DNA of 64,000 bases. Source: Eledone cirrhosa. Lineage: Eukaryota. The stretch's first letter is position 1. Every line of letters begins with the position of its first letter. A program made the position numbers and the translations under genes. The notes under the pieces are model-generated. The model was not told the DNA's origin. It did not search any database and worked only from the letters and a program-made list of their open reading frames with translations. The stretch covers positions 413,726,001-413,790,000 of the forward strand of contig OZ024740.1 in assembly GCA_964016885.1 (NCBI GenBank), given 5' to 3'. Positions 1 to 16,499 of the stretch are shown piece by piece.

Positions 1-504
1 CATTCTTCAATGAATACACAACACTCTCATGTATTTCAACTAGAATGTATTCTTTCCTGGAGTATTGTTGAAGCAAATACCTGACGTGCATGGAATCGAT
101 TCACAACCTATATATAAAATAATCAATTTTGTTACTACATCAAATATCTTATCACAGCTACTTTTTCTCACTCAGAACACACTTAGAAAACTGCATCTTG
201 TTAAAATAACTTTCACTACTTCAGAATAATATACACTTTAAATGTTCGTGTAAATATTAATAAGTCATATATAATATCATCTGAAGCATAACGGTTCGAA
301 AACTGTCTCGTTAAAAGAAAATTATTTACTTTTCTAAAATACTAAAACATTAAGTATTTATACAAGTATTAGTAATACATTTATAATATATTTATAGCAA
401 CATTATTCTTGAAGAATGAATTAATTTGCTACATATTACTGTCTGATACGAGTTCCTGATAACAGTTCCTACTCCATAACTATTGCCTATGTATATATAT
501 ATAT

Positions 505-590
<86 letters not shown>

Positions 591-595
<5 letters not shown>

Positions 596-1096
596 CGAAA
601 CATAAGTCAATTGCATGAACTCATAATCCTATATTTACTGCTATATATATTTCGATGATAGCCATTCAAAGGCTATGACCTCATCAGTTAGTTAGTCAAT
701 TCTTAGATATGCAAACGCTGTGTTTATAGTGTTGATAGTTTTAGAGCCTTGGGACATATGTATATACATATATATTGGGAGGGTCATATGAACACATGTA
801 CCTGATGAATTTCGCTTCAATTTCCGGTTGGCTGATTGGTTTGATAACCAGATGATTGTTTTTATATTGTCAAAGCTGTTTCGTCACACAATCTGTGACC
901 TCTACAGTGACTAGAGTTTCATTTTGTGTCTCTCCTTTGTTCTGTCCTACTCCATCTTGATTTTGTGCGTTGTGTGTTGTGTGCTTAGTTTGCATATGCG
1001 TAACTCCGGGTATGTGTGTGTATTCTTATTTATTTATGTGTTTATTTACTTGTTACTAGCTGGTTGTTTGTTTTATTTGTCTGAGTTGAAAACGAA

Positions 1097-1098
<2 letters not shown>
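591..1098 (-). repeat. ~510-bp composite PLE 3'-end/hammerhead-like segment, copy 1 (direct repeat of 11264-11773)
   Basis: Near-identical to 11264-11773. Minus strand carries CTGATGA-GGTCATAGCC..GGCTATCATC-GAAA (~636-692) and CTGTAGA-GGTCACA..TGTGAC-GAAAC (~872-914). Contains ATATGACCCTCCCAA, resembling the family C terminus. Flanked by (TA)n. Confidence 0.75.
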
Positions 1099-1160
<62 letters not shown>

Positions 1161-1211
1161 TAATAAAAATATTGAATAAAAACAAAGAAATAGTTCCTTA
1201 TATTAAAAAAT

Positions 1212-1342
1212 TCATCATTTTACGATCGTTTCTATGATATATATGTGTGAGTTGGTATGTATATCATATGTAAAATTTTTACAAACGATCAGAGGGAATA
1301 TACATACCTACACATATATATGCTGTCTTCAGAAATAATGAT
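1212..1342 (-). ncRNA. Type I hammerhead-like ribozyme with long stem II (family A)
   Basis: ATCATTATTT-CTGAAGA..long ATATATGTG/CACATATAT stem..GAAAC-GATC-GTA-AAATGATGA. Confidence 0.7.
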
Positions 1343-2095
1343 ATTTGTTTATTGAAAAAAACCAACAAAGATTTAATATAATAGGTCTGTTTGGGAACAG
1401 GTTTTGAATTGACCAATAGAAAGGTAGTAAGTGGTCAAGATGGTAGAATAGTAGTAATGGAACTTTAATTTAGGGGTAGAGGAAGGCAGATTTCAGTTTT
1501 GAATGGAAAGAGTATAATGAATGAAAAGATTATTTTGGGGATGAAAATAGGTCAAGTCGGTAAATGGTACACGAAAATTTGAAGTTATAAAAGAATAATG
1601 CTAATGTAAATATCTAAGGAAAATAAAATTTTACGATAAATGTGTTAGTGAAAAATATCAATCTTATTTAAAACATAAGGAATTTACATCTATAAAAAGA
1701 AAATAAATTAATTAAATTGATAGGTATATTTATATTGATAAATTTATATTAATTCATATAGATATGATAAATAAGAGTTAGATGTAATTGAAGAATGCTG
1801 TTAAAAACGAAGGGAAAATAAAAAAAAAATTATTATTATTATTATTATTATTATTGGGAGGGGGGGGGGTAAATTTATTAGTGAGAAATAACAAATTTAT
1901 ATAGATTATAAGGAATATAGATTCATAACCTGAAATTAAAATAGTTTATATGTATACTTATTGGTATAAATTTTAGGAAAAGATAGCTGTAAAAGGGAAA
2001 TAAAATTATGCAGTTCATTAGTAGTAGAATATTAATTATAGGTTAACTAATTAAAAAAAAGTGTTATTATAATAATTTGTAAACTGTATATTAAT

Positions 2096-4642
2096 TAGGT
2101 TTATAATATTTAAACGTTTTTCTCAATTTATGATTACATGATATAATTAATTCCTGTCGCTTATTTAATAGGATATCCTTAGATTTCATTATTTCAAAAA
2201 GTTCCTGGGAACATAATGTACATTCATATCTATTATTTTGATAAGGGGTGGCCCTTTTGAGCACACTCCAGGTCAGGTTATAATCTATATTCCTTTTTCT
2301 ATAATTATTAATTATTTCAGCTAAGGATGTTGTATTAGCTAATGCGGCATTTTTAAAACTGTTTGTGGGTATTAAATCTTACTTTAAATTGGTTAGAAGT
2401 AGCACCTATATATGAATAAGTTGAGTCCTTAGTGTTAATTTTACATTTATATACTATGTTATTAATAAGGCAATTTCCTTTTAATGGGCAATTTGCTTTG
2501 TTTCTACAGTTAGAACCTTTCGTGAATGCTGTATCAGAGGAGATAGTCAAATTAGGTGTGGAATTTTCACGACTTGTTGTATGTGAATGAGATGGTGGTT
2601 TGCTGTGGTTTATTTTAGTATTATGGTTAGTTTGATGTATTGGTGGTATATTCATGGGTTTTTTTACATTTATATGCATTATAGGCACTTATATTTTGTT
2701 GTATATTTTTGGTTGTTGAGTAGGAGAATTTAACTATTGATCTATTTAAAATTTGATGGTATTTATGGTTTGGCGGGAAGTTTTTCTCTAGGATAGTAAA
2801 AAAATATTTTAGGTATATTATCTTTAATTTGTAGATTAAATGGAGCATTATACCAAGTAACTCGTCTATTACGGTTTCGATGTTGTTTATTATTTTTATA
2901 GGATGTATCCTGATGTTTATTAAGAGAATTGGTATTAGTGATTTTATTACACATATTTTTAGTTAGATTCATTGATTTAGGTGTTTTAGCCTGTTTATTA
3001 GGAATTTTGTTATTAACATATATTGCAGTATTAGGAGGAATGGTTTTTTGAAAGTTACTATATTGTATATTAGAAGAGTTAGAGAAATTAAGTTTTATGT
3101 TGGTATTTTGGGGTATAGTGTGAGTGGCATTTAGGTGTGTATATTTCATTTGGTGTTTGTTGGTAATATTGGGTTGTATGTTTGTAGTGTTATTGGTACA
3201 AGGTATATATACTAATTTGTTTTTGTGGCCGCTTCTAGCTAAAGCTTCGTTATAAAAGGTCGCATTTTTATCAAATACATCCTGGTTAGACGAAAGGTTA
3301 GAAATTCTGAGTGAGATATTATATGCTAGGTTTTTAAGGATAGATTTAGGGTGATTAGATTGTGAGTGTATGTAATGTAAGTTTTGGTTAGGTTTATGGT
3401 AAGGTTGGTAGATACCCGTAGATAAGTCTAATGTTATATCAAGGAAATTAACTACTTTACTTGTGTTTATAAATGTAATATCGAGACTATAATAGTCTTT
3501 GAGGAAAGTTCTAATAAGTTTTTTTATTTTTTTCAATTTCTGATAGGCTAAGGTTATTGGAAAGAAGAAGACAGTCGTCACGATATAAACCACCTTTAAG
3601 GTGGGGGAAAAGAAGCATTTATGTTAAATAGAAGAAAGAGGCCCACAACATCGGTAATTTGGGCAGAATCACTAGAGCACATAGTAATGTCGAATAGATT
3701 ACTATATGTGTTTCTGGTCCAGTATTCTTTCTGAAATTCCAGTAGTGTTTGTCTAGCATGTGTGACAATATTAATGTCATCCATAGTTAAGTTTGATCTA
3801 TTTTTGGCAAATATCAAGGCTTTGTTCAGGAGTATAGGTGATATAGAGGAATAATAAGCATCTATATCGAATTGTAGAAATGAAGCAGAAGATTTATTTC
3901 TAATATTAGTAAACCAGTTAATTACCTGGGATGTGTTTTCCCAGAGTGGTAAATTAACATGTTTTCTTAATTGTGGGATGACTCTATCTAAAATTGTTTT
4001 ACTAATGATGCCAATGTCAGATTTGGAAGGGCATATAAGCCTTACAGAAGGATTAGAGTTAAAATTAGATTTGTGATCTTTCAGGTTAAAATGTGGTTTT
4101 TTCAGTGCCAAAGGTTCAGTTCTATCTTCAATATTAAGTCTATTTACTATGTTGTGTGTTTTGTTGTTGATGTTGGTAAGTACCGCATTGCTTGTTTTTT
4201 TATAATTTTTCCTGAGTTCTTTATATATGAACTCATTGTAATTATCAATATCCATGTGATACAGATTTCCAGTTTTGTCAGAATGGACATGGATTTTGTT
4301 AGATTTTTTTAGATCCAATAGGGTAGAATCAAGATCCTTTTTAAAATTAGATTTATATTTCTTAAATTTGAGGTGTTTGATTAAATTAAAAAGGTCTTTC
4401 TCGAAGTTTTCAAGCAAGGAGTTGTGTGGTGGGTTTTTATATGTAGTGAAATCAGATAAATATTTCTTATCAGTACATTTTGTTTTTTTATCGAAGTGGT
4501 AGGCCCTCCATCTGACCCTTTTGATGAATTGGTTGGTTTTTTGTATCATAAGAAGTAAGAATTGATCCTTAGAAGGTATTGGTATATTCTTTAAAGAAGT
4601 TCCCAAGTATTGCTTTTCCATTGTGATATGGATAATGGACAT
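2096..4642 (-). pseudogene. Frameshifted PLE RT-GIY-YIG polyprotein (family A)
   Basis: Colinear with the near-intact family B protein (61054-63515). Broken by small indels, several in homopolymer runs. Confidence 0.88.
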
Positions 4643-4869
4643 GAAAAGGAGCTCAACTATATATATAGAGGGAGTTATAAAATTATATATATATATACAA
4701 AAATATGAATACCTTCATAAAATTAAGAGCAAAGTATGTAGATAAATCTAACAAAATGTACGGTAGTGTCCAATCCGTATGAAGAACTCAATGTAATCCG
4801 AATATCATGAAAAGAGAAGATGTATTCAAAATGTTTTTAGATGAAAAACACAGGAAAACAGAGTCAATA

Positions 4870-6871
4870 CATTATTATTCCTCTATATCACCTATACTCC
4901 TGAACAAAGCCTTGATATTTGCCAAAAATAGATCAAACTTAACTATGGATGACATTAATATTATCACACATGCTAGACAAACACTACTGGAATTTCAGAA
5001 AGAATACTGGACCAGAAACACATATAGTAATCTATTCGACATTACTATGGGCTCTAGTGATTCTGCCCAAATTACCGATGTTGTGGGCCTCTTTCTTCTA
5101 TTTAACATAAATGCTTCTTTTCCCCACCTTAAAGGTGGTTTATATCGTGACGACTGTCTTCTTCTTTCCAATAACCTTAGCCTATCAGAAATTGAAAAAA
5201 ATAAAAAAACTTATTAGAACTTTCCTCAAAGACTATTATAGTCTCGATATTACATTTATAAACACAAGTAAAGTAGTTAATTTCCTTGATATAACATTAG
5301 ACTTATCTACGGGTATCTACCAACCTTACCATAAACCTAACCAAAACTTACATTACATACACTCACAATCTAATCACCCTAAATCTATCCTTAAAAACCT
5401 AGCATATAATATCTCACTCAGAATTTCTAACCTTTCGTCTAACCAGGATGTATTTGATAAAAATGCGACCTTTTATAACGAAGCTTTAGCTAGAAGCGGC
5501 CACAAAAACAAATTAGTATATATACCTTGTACCAATAACACTACAAACATACAACCCAATATTACCAACAAACACCAAATGAAATATACACACCTAAATG
5601 CCACTCACACTATACCCCAAAATACCAACATAAAACTTAATTTCTCTAACTCTTCTAATATACAATATAGTAACTTTCAAAAAACCATTCCTCCTAATAC
5701 TGCAATATATGTTAATAACAAAATTCCTAATAAACAGGCTAAAACACCTAAATCAATGAATCTAACTAAAAATATGTGTAATAAAATCACTAATACCAAT
5801 TCTCTTAATAAACATCAGGATACATCCTATAAAAATAATAAACAACATCGAAACCGTAATAGACGAGTTACTTGGTATAATGCTCCATTTAATCTACAAA
5901 TTAAAGATAATATACCTAAAATATCTTTTACCATCCTAGAGAAAAACTTCCCGCCAAACCATAAAAACCATCAAATTTTAAATAGATCAATAGTTAAATT
6001 CTCCTACTCAACAACCAAAAATATACAACAAAATATAAGTGCCTATAATGCATATAAATGTAAAAAGAACCATGAATATACCACCAATACATCAAACTAA
6101 CCATAATACTAAAATAAACCACAGCAAACCACCATCTCATTCACATACAACAAGTCGTGAAAATTCCACACCTAATTTGACTATCTCCTCTGATACAGCA
6201 TTCACGAAAGGTTCTAACTGTAGAAACAAAGCAAATTGCCCATTAAAAGGAAATTGCCTTATTAATAACATAGTATATAAATGTAAAATTAACACTAAGG
6301 ACTCAACTTATTCATATATAGGAGCTACTTCTAACCAATTTAAAGTAAGATTTAATACCCACAAACACAGTTTTAAAAATGCTGCATTAGCTAATACAAC
6401 ATCCTTAGCTGAAATAATTAATAATTATAGAAAAAGGAATATAAATTATAACCTGACCTGGAGTGTGCTCAAAAGGGCCACCCCTTATCAAAATAATAGA
6501 TATGAATGTAGATTATTTTCCCAGGAACTTTTTGAAATAATGAAATCTAAGGATATCCTATTAAATAAGCGACAGGAATTAATTATATCATGTAATCATA
6601 AATTGAGAAAAACTTTTAAATATTATAAACCTAATTAATATACACTTTACAAATTATTATAATAACACTTTTTTTTAATTAGTTAACCTATAATTAATAT
6701 TCTACTACTAATGAACTGCATAATTTTATTTCCCTTTTACAGCTATCTTTTCCTAAAATTTATACCAATAAGTATACATATAAACTATTTTAATTTCAGG
6801 TTATGAATCTATATTCCTTATAATCTATATAAATTTGTTATTTCTCACTAATAAATTTACCCCACCCTCCC

Positions 6872-6904
<33 letters not shown>

Positions 6905-7718
6905 TTTTTTTTTATTTTCCCTTCGTTTTTAACAGCATTCTTCAATTACATCTAACTCTTATTTATCATATCTATATGAATTAATATAAATTTATCAATA
7001 TAAATATACCTATCAATTTAATTAATTTATTTTCTTTTTATAGATGTAAATTCCTTATGTTTTAAATAAGATTGATATTTTTCACTAACACATTTATCGT
7101 AAAATGTTATTCTCCTTAGATATTTACATTAGCATTATTCTTTTATAACTTCAAATTTTCGTGTACCTTTTAGCGACTTGACCTATTTTCATCCCCAAAA
7201 TAATCTTTTCATTCATTATACTCTTTCCATTCAAAACTGAAATCTGCCTTCCTCTACCCCTAAATTAAAGTTCCATTACTACTATTCTAGCATCTTGACC
7301 ACTTACTACCTTTCTATTGGTCAATTCAAAAAGTGTTCCCAAACAGACCTATTATATTAAATCTTTGTTGGTTTTTTTCAATAAACAAATATCATTATTT
7401 CTGAAGACAGTATATATATGTGTAGGTATGTATATTCCCTCTGATAGTTTGTAAACATTTTACATAGATCTATATGATATATATACCAACACACATATAT
7501 ATATCATAGAAACGATCGTAAAATGATGAATTTTTTAATATAAGGAACTGTTTCTTTGTTTTTATTCATTATTTTTATTAATTTATCTTGACTCTGTTTT
7601 CCTGTGTTTTTCATCGAAAAAAACTTTTGGATACATCTTCTCTTTTCATGATATTCGGATTACATTGAGCTCTTCATACGGATTGGACACTACCGTACAT
7701 TTTGGTAGATTTATCTAC

Positions 7719-7720
<2 letters not shown>
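4870..7720 (+). mobile_element. Naiad-type PLE family A, 5'-truncated arm with complete 3' tail
   Basis: ORFs 4807-5217 (N-terminus chimeric; GGLYRDD), 5111-6100 and 6039-6638 (GIY-YIG, LLNKRQEL..CNH). About 1.1-kb 3'UTR ends at GATTTATCTACA, followed by (TA)n. Confidence 0.93.
7391..7529 (+). ncRNA. Type I hammerhead-like ribozyme with long stem II (family A)
   Basis: CTGAAGA at 7401 and GAAACGATCGTA at 7509-7520. Stem I pairs TCATTATTT with AAATGATGA. Confidence 0.72.
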
Positions 7721-7750
<30 letters not shown>

Positions 7751-7779
7751 GTGTGTGTGTAGATAAATCAACGATGTAG

Positions 7780-11240
<3,461 letters not shown>

Positions 11241-11263
11241 TGTATATATATATATATATATAT

Positions 11264-11773
11264 AGTGACGAAACATAAGTCAATTGCATGAACTCATAAT
11301 CCTATATTTACTGCTATATATATTTCGATGATAGCCATTCAAAGGCTATGACCTCATCAGTTAGTTAGTCAATTCTTAGATATGCAAACGCTGTGTTTAT
11401 AGTGTTGATAGTTTTAGAGCCTTGGGACATATGTATATACATATATATTGGGAGGGTCATATGAGCACATGTACCTGATGAATTTCACTTCAATTTCCGG
11501 TTGGTTGATTAGTTTGATAACCAGATGATTGTTTTTATATTGTCAAAGCTGTTTCGTCACACAATCTGTGACCTCTACAGTGACTAGAGTTTCATTTTGT
11601 GTCTCTCCTTTGTTCTGTCCTACTCCATCTTGATTTTGTGCGTTGTGTGTTGTGTGCTTAGTTTGCATATGCGTTAACTCCGGGTATGTGTGTGTATTCT
11701 TATTTATTTATGTGTTTATTTACTTGTTACTAGCTGGTTGTTTGTTTTATCTGTCTGAGTTGAAAACGAAGCA
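11264..11773 (-). repeat. ~510-bp composite segment, copy 2
   Basis: Near-identical direct repeat of 591-1098. Confidence 0.8.
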
Positions 11774-11890
11774 TATATATATATATATAATAATGTTTTG
11801 ATATATATATATATATATATATATATAATAATGTTTTGAACAGTTCTTTGATTCTTATATTTCATATATTTCATATATATATATATATAT

Positions 11891-12070
11891 AGTTTTAATA
11901 TAGACGAGATTCTACAGGACTAGAAGTGTTTCATTCTTGAGAAATCGATTTCTCCAGAATGAAACAATTCTAGTCCTGTAGAATCTCATCTATATTAAAA
12001 CTGTTATACTCTACTATGTATTGAATACCTTACTTACTGTGGTACCTGCGATTCAACCCGGAATAACTTG

Positions 12071-12073
<3 letters not shown>
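11891..12073 (+). mobile_element. Mini hairpin+tail insertion, copy 2
   Basis: Near-identical to 11066-11240. Confidence 0.8.
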
Positions 12074-12126
<53 letters not shown>

Positions 12127-12130
<4 letters not shown>

Positions 12131-13298
12131 GATAAATCTACCAAGAGTTTACGGTAGTGTCCAATCCGTATGAAGAACTCAATGTATTCCGGATATCATG
12201 GAAAGAAGAGATGTAATGAAAAACCACTTTCGGTGAAAGATAAACGGTATACAGAGTCAAGATAAAATATTAAACAAATAATGAATAAACAATTCCTTAT
12301 ATTAAACAAAAAAAGTTCATTATTTAACGATCCTTTCTAGGATATATATGTGTTATAATTGGTATGCATATTCAACAGATCTATGTACAAAATTATACAA
12401 AATTATACAAATTATCAAGATTAAATATACATACCAAACACATATATACGCCGTCTTCAGAAATAATGAAGTATATTTATTGATAATAACAACAATTCAA
12501 AATTTCAGTTCAAAATTGACCAATGAAAACACAAAGGGTTAAATGCAGTTCGGTGTGTGTATATACATGTAAAACCCCCACACATATTTTACAAAAATGT
12601 ATGTATAATTTGTATACGCATACTAAAAGGATGGATGCAAATACAAAATTTCAAGGTTAATGTCTCTGTGAGCTTACAATGCGCAGATAAGATGCGCATT
12701 GATACTTATGAAATCAAGTATATAAATATATTTTTTCATACTCACACATATCAGTACAATCACACATACACGCGCGTATATGCATAAATATACACATAAC
12801 CAAGAACATACAAACACACACACACCCCCACTCACATTTATATATGTGGATATAAAATCATAATCACATGGATATTAATTCACTCACATAAAACACTGGC
12901 ACACACATTTCTAGATCAAGATACAGAAATTAGGTGGGAGGGGGGGGGGGGGAGGGGTCAGTATTCAACTGTCTGAGCAAACTGCCTAATATAAATGTAT
13001 CTATAAATTAAGAAAAATAAAAAAATAAAACAATAAAATATAATAAATATAATATAATATATATACACATACAGATATATACACATACATACATGTACGC
13101 ACACATAGAAATATTTACGCATACACACATACACACATACATATACAGTCATACACACACATACACTTACACGAACATACACATACACATATATAAAGAT
13201 ATATATATACACACACACACACACACGCAACACATACACACATACACATATATATAAAAATAAACAATAAAGATATATACCTATATATATATACACAC

Positions 13299-13329
<31 letters not shown>

Positions 13330-13763
13330 TATACACACACATACATCTAAATATACATACACATACATACACACACACATGTACATACATGTACATACAT
13401 ATACGCACATCGATATACATATATATATATATACATACATATATATACACACACATAGACATGTAGATACATACACACACAACTTACATACACACATATA
13501 TATATACACGTATATTCATACATAGAATTAGATATATAATCATACATACATATGCACTTACTTATACTCATATATACAAATACATACGCATCTATATATG
13601 CATATATACATAAAAAATCACTACAACCTCACCTAACTCAGACATACAAATAAAAATAAAAATAATAATAAAAAGGCATATGTATATACATACACACACG
13701 CATTAATAGAGATATATATATATAGACACATACATACACATATATATATATATATATATACAC

Positions 13764-13797
<34 letters not shown>

Positions 13798-13908
13798 ACT
13801 CATACATATATATATATATATATATATACATATACACATAGATATCCACACACTCATACCACCATAAATACACATACAAACACCCACATATATATATATA
13901 TACACACG

Positions 13909-13940
<32 letters not shown>

Positions 13941-14065
13941 TAAAAAACAGACATGCACATATATATATATATATTAATTACACTTATATATACACATATT
14001 ATATACACATACACAACCTCACTTATACACACATACACATAAGTTATATTATAATAATAAAGAAT

Positions 14066-14103
<38 letters not shown>

Positions 14104-14203
14104 CATATATATACATACATACAAACACATACATACATACATATAAACATATACATACATAAATACACACATACTAATAAAGACATATATTCACACATAG
14201 ACA

Positions 14204-14251
<48 letters not shown>

Positions 14252-15393
14252 TATATACATATATACACACACACATATACACAGACACATATACACACTC
14301 ACATATATATATGTGTGTGTGCGCACACACACATATATACACACACACACACAAATACACATAAACACATACATATGCATACATGCACACACACACACAC
14401 ATATATCACATAGATACGAAGATAAACATATAAATAGAGAGACATACATATATATACAACACACATACACACACATACATACACACGCATATACATATAC
14501 ATATATATATACATATATATATATTCCTATATATACATGCATACACATATATACACATATATACACATACATACACATATACGTACACACATTCACATAC
14601 ACATACATATATAATGCATATATACACATATATACATACATATACACACTCATATATACACACGCAATCTTACATTCATATTTGCATGCGCATATATGTA
14701 TTTTTATATTTAGATATAAATACCCAAACCTATATAGACACCTACCTACATATATATTCATACATAGACGCTTACAAATACAGATGATAATAGTATGGGG
14801 GAAAGGGGGGGTTTGGAGAAGGGGATCAAAGTAAATATATGTTTCAAGAAACATAGAAAATTTTCCGTATTTTTATCCAATGTATGTTCTTACATATTTT
14901 CAGTGTTAGGAAATACGACAAACAAGAACTAAGGCAAAATCTATGCATCTCAAAATAAATAAGTATATCATTAATCATATGTTAACTAAACCAAAGATAG
15001 TCAACATATTGATTTCTAAGGTGTAAATTAGTTAGGTTTATAATATTTGAAGCAGAATTTTGAAGTCAAACAGTAGTAGATTATTAATTACAGTATAACT
15101 AAATTAAAGTTAATAACGTTATGGTATCAATATTAGGAAATGAATTTAGTAATAGGGAAAAAAAACACAAATAAAAATAAAATAAAGTATTACATCGGTA
15201 GTAGAATATAAATTATATGTTAACTAAATTAAAAATTATATATTTATTTCAATAGTATATGTTAATTAGGTATACAATACATAAAGCAGATACTGTATTT
15301 CATCAATAGCATAATATAATTATATGCAAATAGAAATCAAAGTTAATACGCATACATATACATATACATACACATACACATATACATACATAT

Positions 15394-15446
<53 letters not shown>

Positions 15447-16499
15447 TACATACATACACATACACATACACACACACACATACACATACACATATACATA
15501 TACATATCTTTTTCAAAAAATTGCATAGAATATATTAACTAGGTATATATCCAAAACACATCCCATTCTATGATTACATGACATTCTGCAATTCGTCTGT
15601 ATAAGGATAACTAATTTTAAGCAAATTAAAATTAAAATTTTTAGGTTGATTAAAACTAAAACCAAATAATAAATATATTTCTAAAATGTATATTAATTAG
15701 GTCTATAATACTAAAAATTATTTCTCTGTCATTGGATACACGATATTATTTTGTTATATTTTATCTGTAAAAGAGTTATAATAAAATGTTTAAATAAATT
15801 AAAATTAATCTATAAATTAAATTACTAAGTATATATTAGTAATATTTAAAGGTTTTTCACAATTTATGATTACATAATATTTTATATTCTCATCTGTAAT
15901 AAAATATTAATTAAATTAAATTTATAGGTTAACTAACATTTAAATTAAATTAATTTCTAAAATAATGTTATTAATTAGGTTTATAATATTTAAATGTTTT
16001 TTTTAGTTTATGATTACACGATATAATTAATTCCTGTCGTTTATTTAATAAGATATCCTTAGACTTCATTATTTCAAATAGTTCTTGGGAACATAATCTA
16101 CATTCATTTCTATTATTTTGATAAGGGGTGGCTCTTTTGAGCACACTCCAGGTCAAATCATATTTTATATTCTTATTTTTATAACTATTGATTTTTTCTG
16201 CTAGAGATGTTGTATTAGCCAGTGCGGCATTTTTAAAACTATGCTTGTGGGTATTAAACCTTGTCTTAAAATTGTTAGAGGTAGCTCCTATATATGAGCA
16301 AATAGAATCTTTAGTTTTAACATTACATTTATAGACTATGTTGTTAACAAGACAATTCCCTTTTAATGGGCAGTTTGCTTTGTTTCTACAGTTACATCCT
16401 TTCGTTAATTCTGTATTTGAGGAGATATTATGGTTAATTTGATGTACTGGTGGTATACTTATGGTTTTCTTACATTTATATGCATTATATGCACTTATA
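12127..16499 (-). mobile_element. Naiad-type PLE family B, 5'-truncated copy (endonuclease C-terminus, long low-complexity 3'UTR, hammerhead, tail)
   Basis: 15971-16499 matches 61054-61580. UTR anchors are colinear with 48243-51511 and 55222-61053. Terminus TGTAGATAAATCTACC. Confidence 0.9.

Larger units (their letters stand above)
1157..4869 (-). mobile_element. Naiad-type Penelope-like element family A, inverted arm (one full circularly permuted unit)
   Basis: Frameshifted ORF pieces 3596-4642, 2763-3593, 2627-2848 and 2353-2688 give SLKNIP..RVRWRA, FDIDAYYSSI, WYNAPF, CRNKANCPLKGNCL and IVYKC..YIGAT. Reverse complement of 4870-7586 over the shared part. Confidence 0.93.

Noticed and set aside
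278-312. Hammerhead-like CTGAAGC..GAAAACTGTC (similar weak case at 42905-42960)
   Set aside because: Core and stems are too degenerate to support a call.
4807-4872. Novel N-terminus MKREDVF.. of the 136-aa ORF
   Set aside because: Chimeric: antisense tail of the minus arm fused to the truncated plus arm.
12958-15542. Dozens of YI/CV/HT-rich ORFs (also 23.6-24.9, 42.3-42.7, 49-51, 54-57.7 and 59.5-60 kb)
   Set aside because: Translations of (TA)n/(CA)n repeats, which lack stop codons. Not genes.
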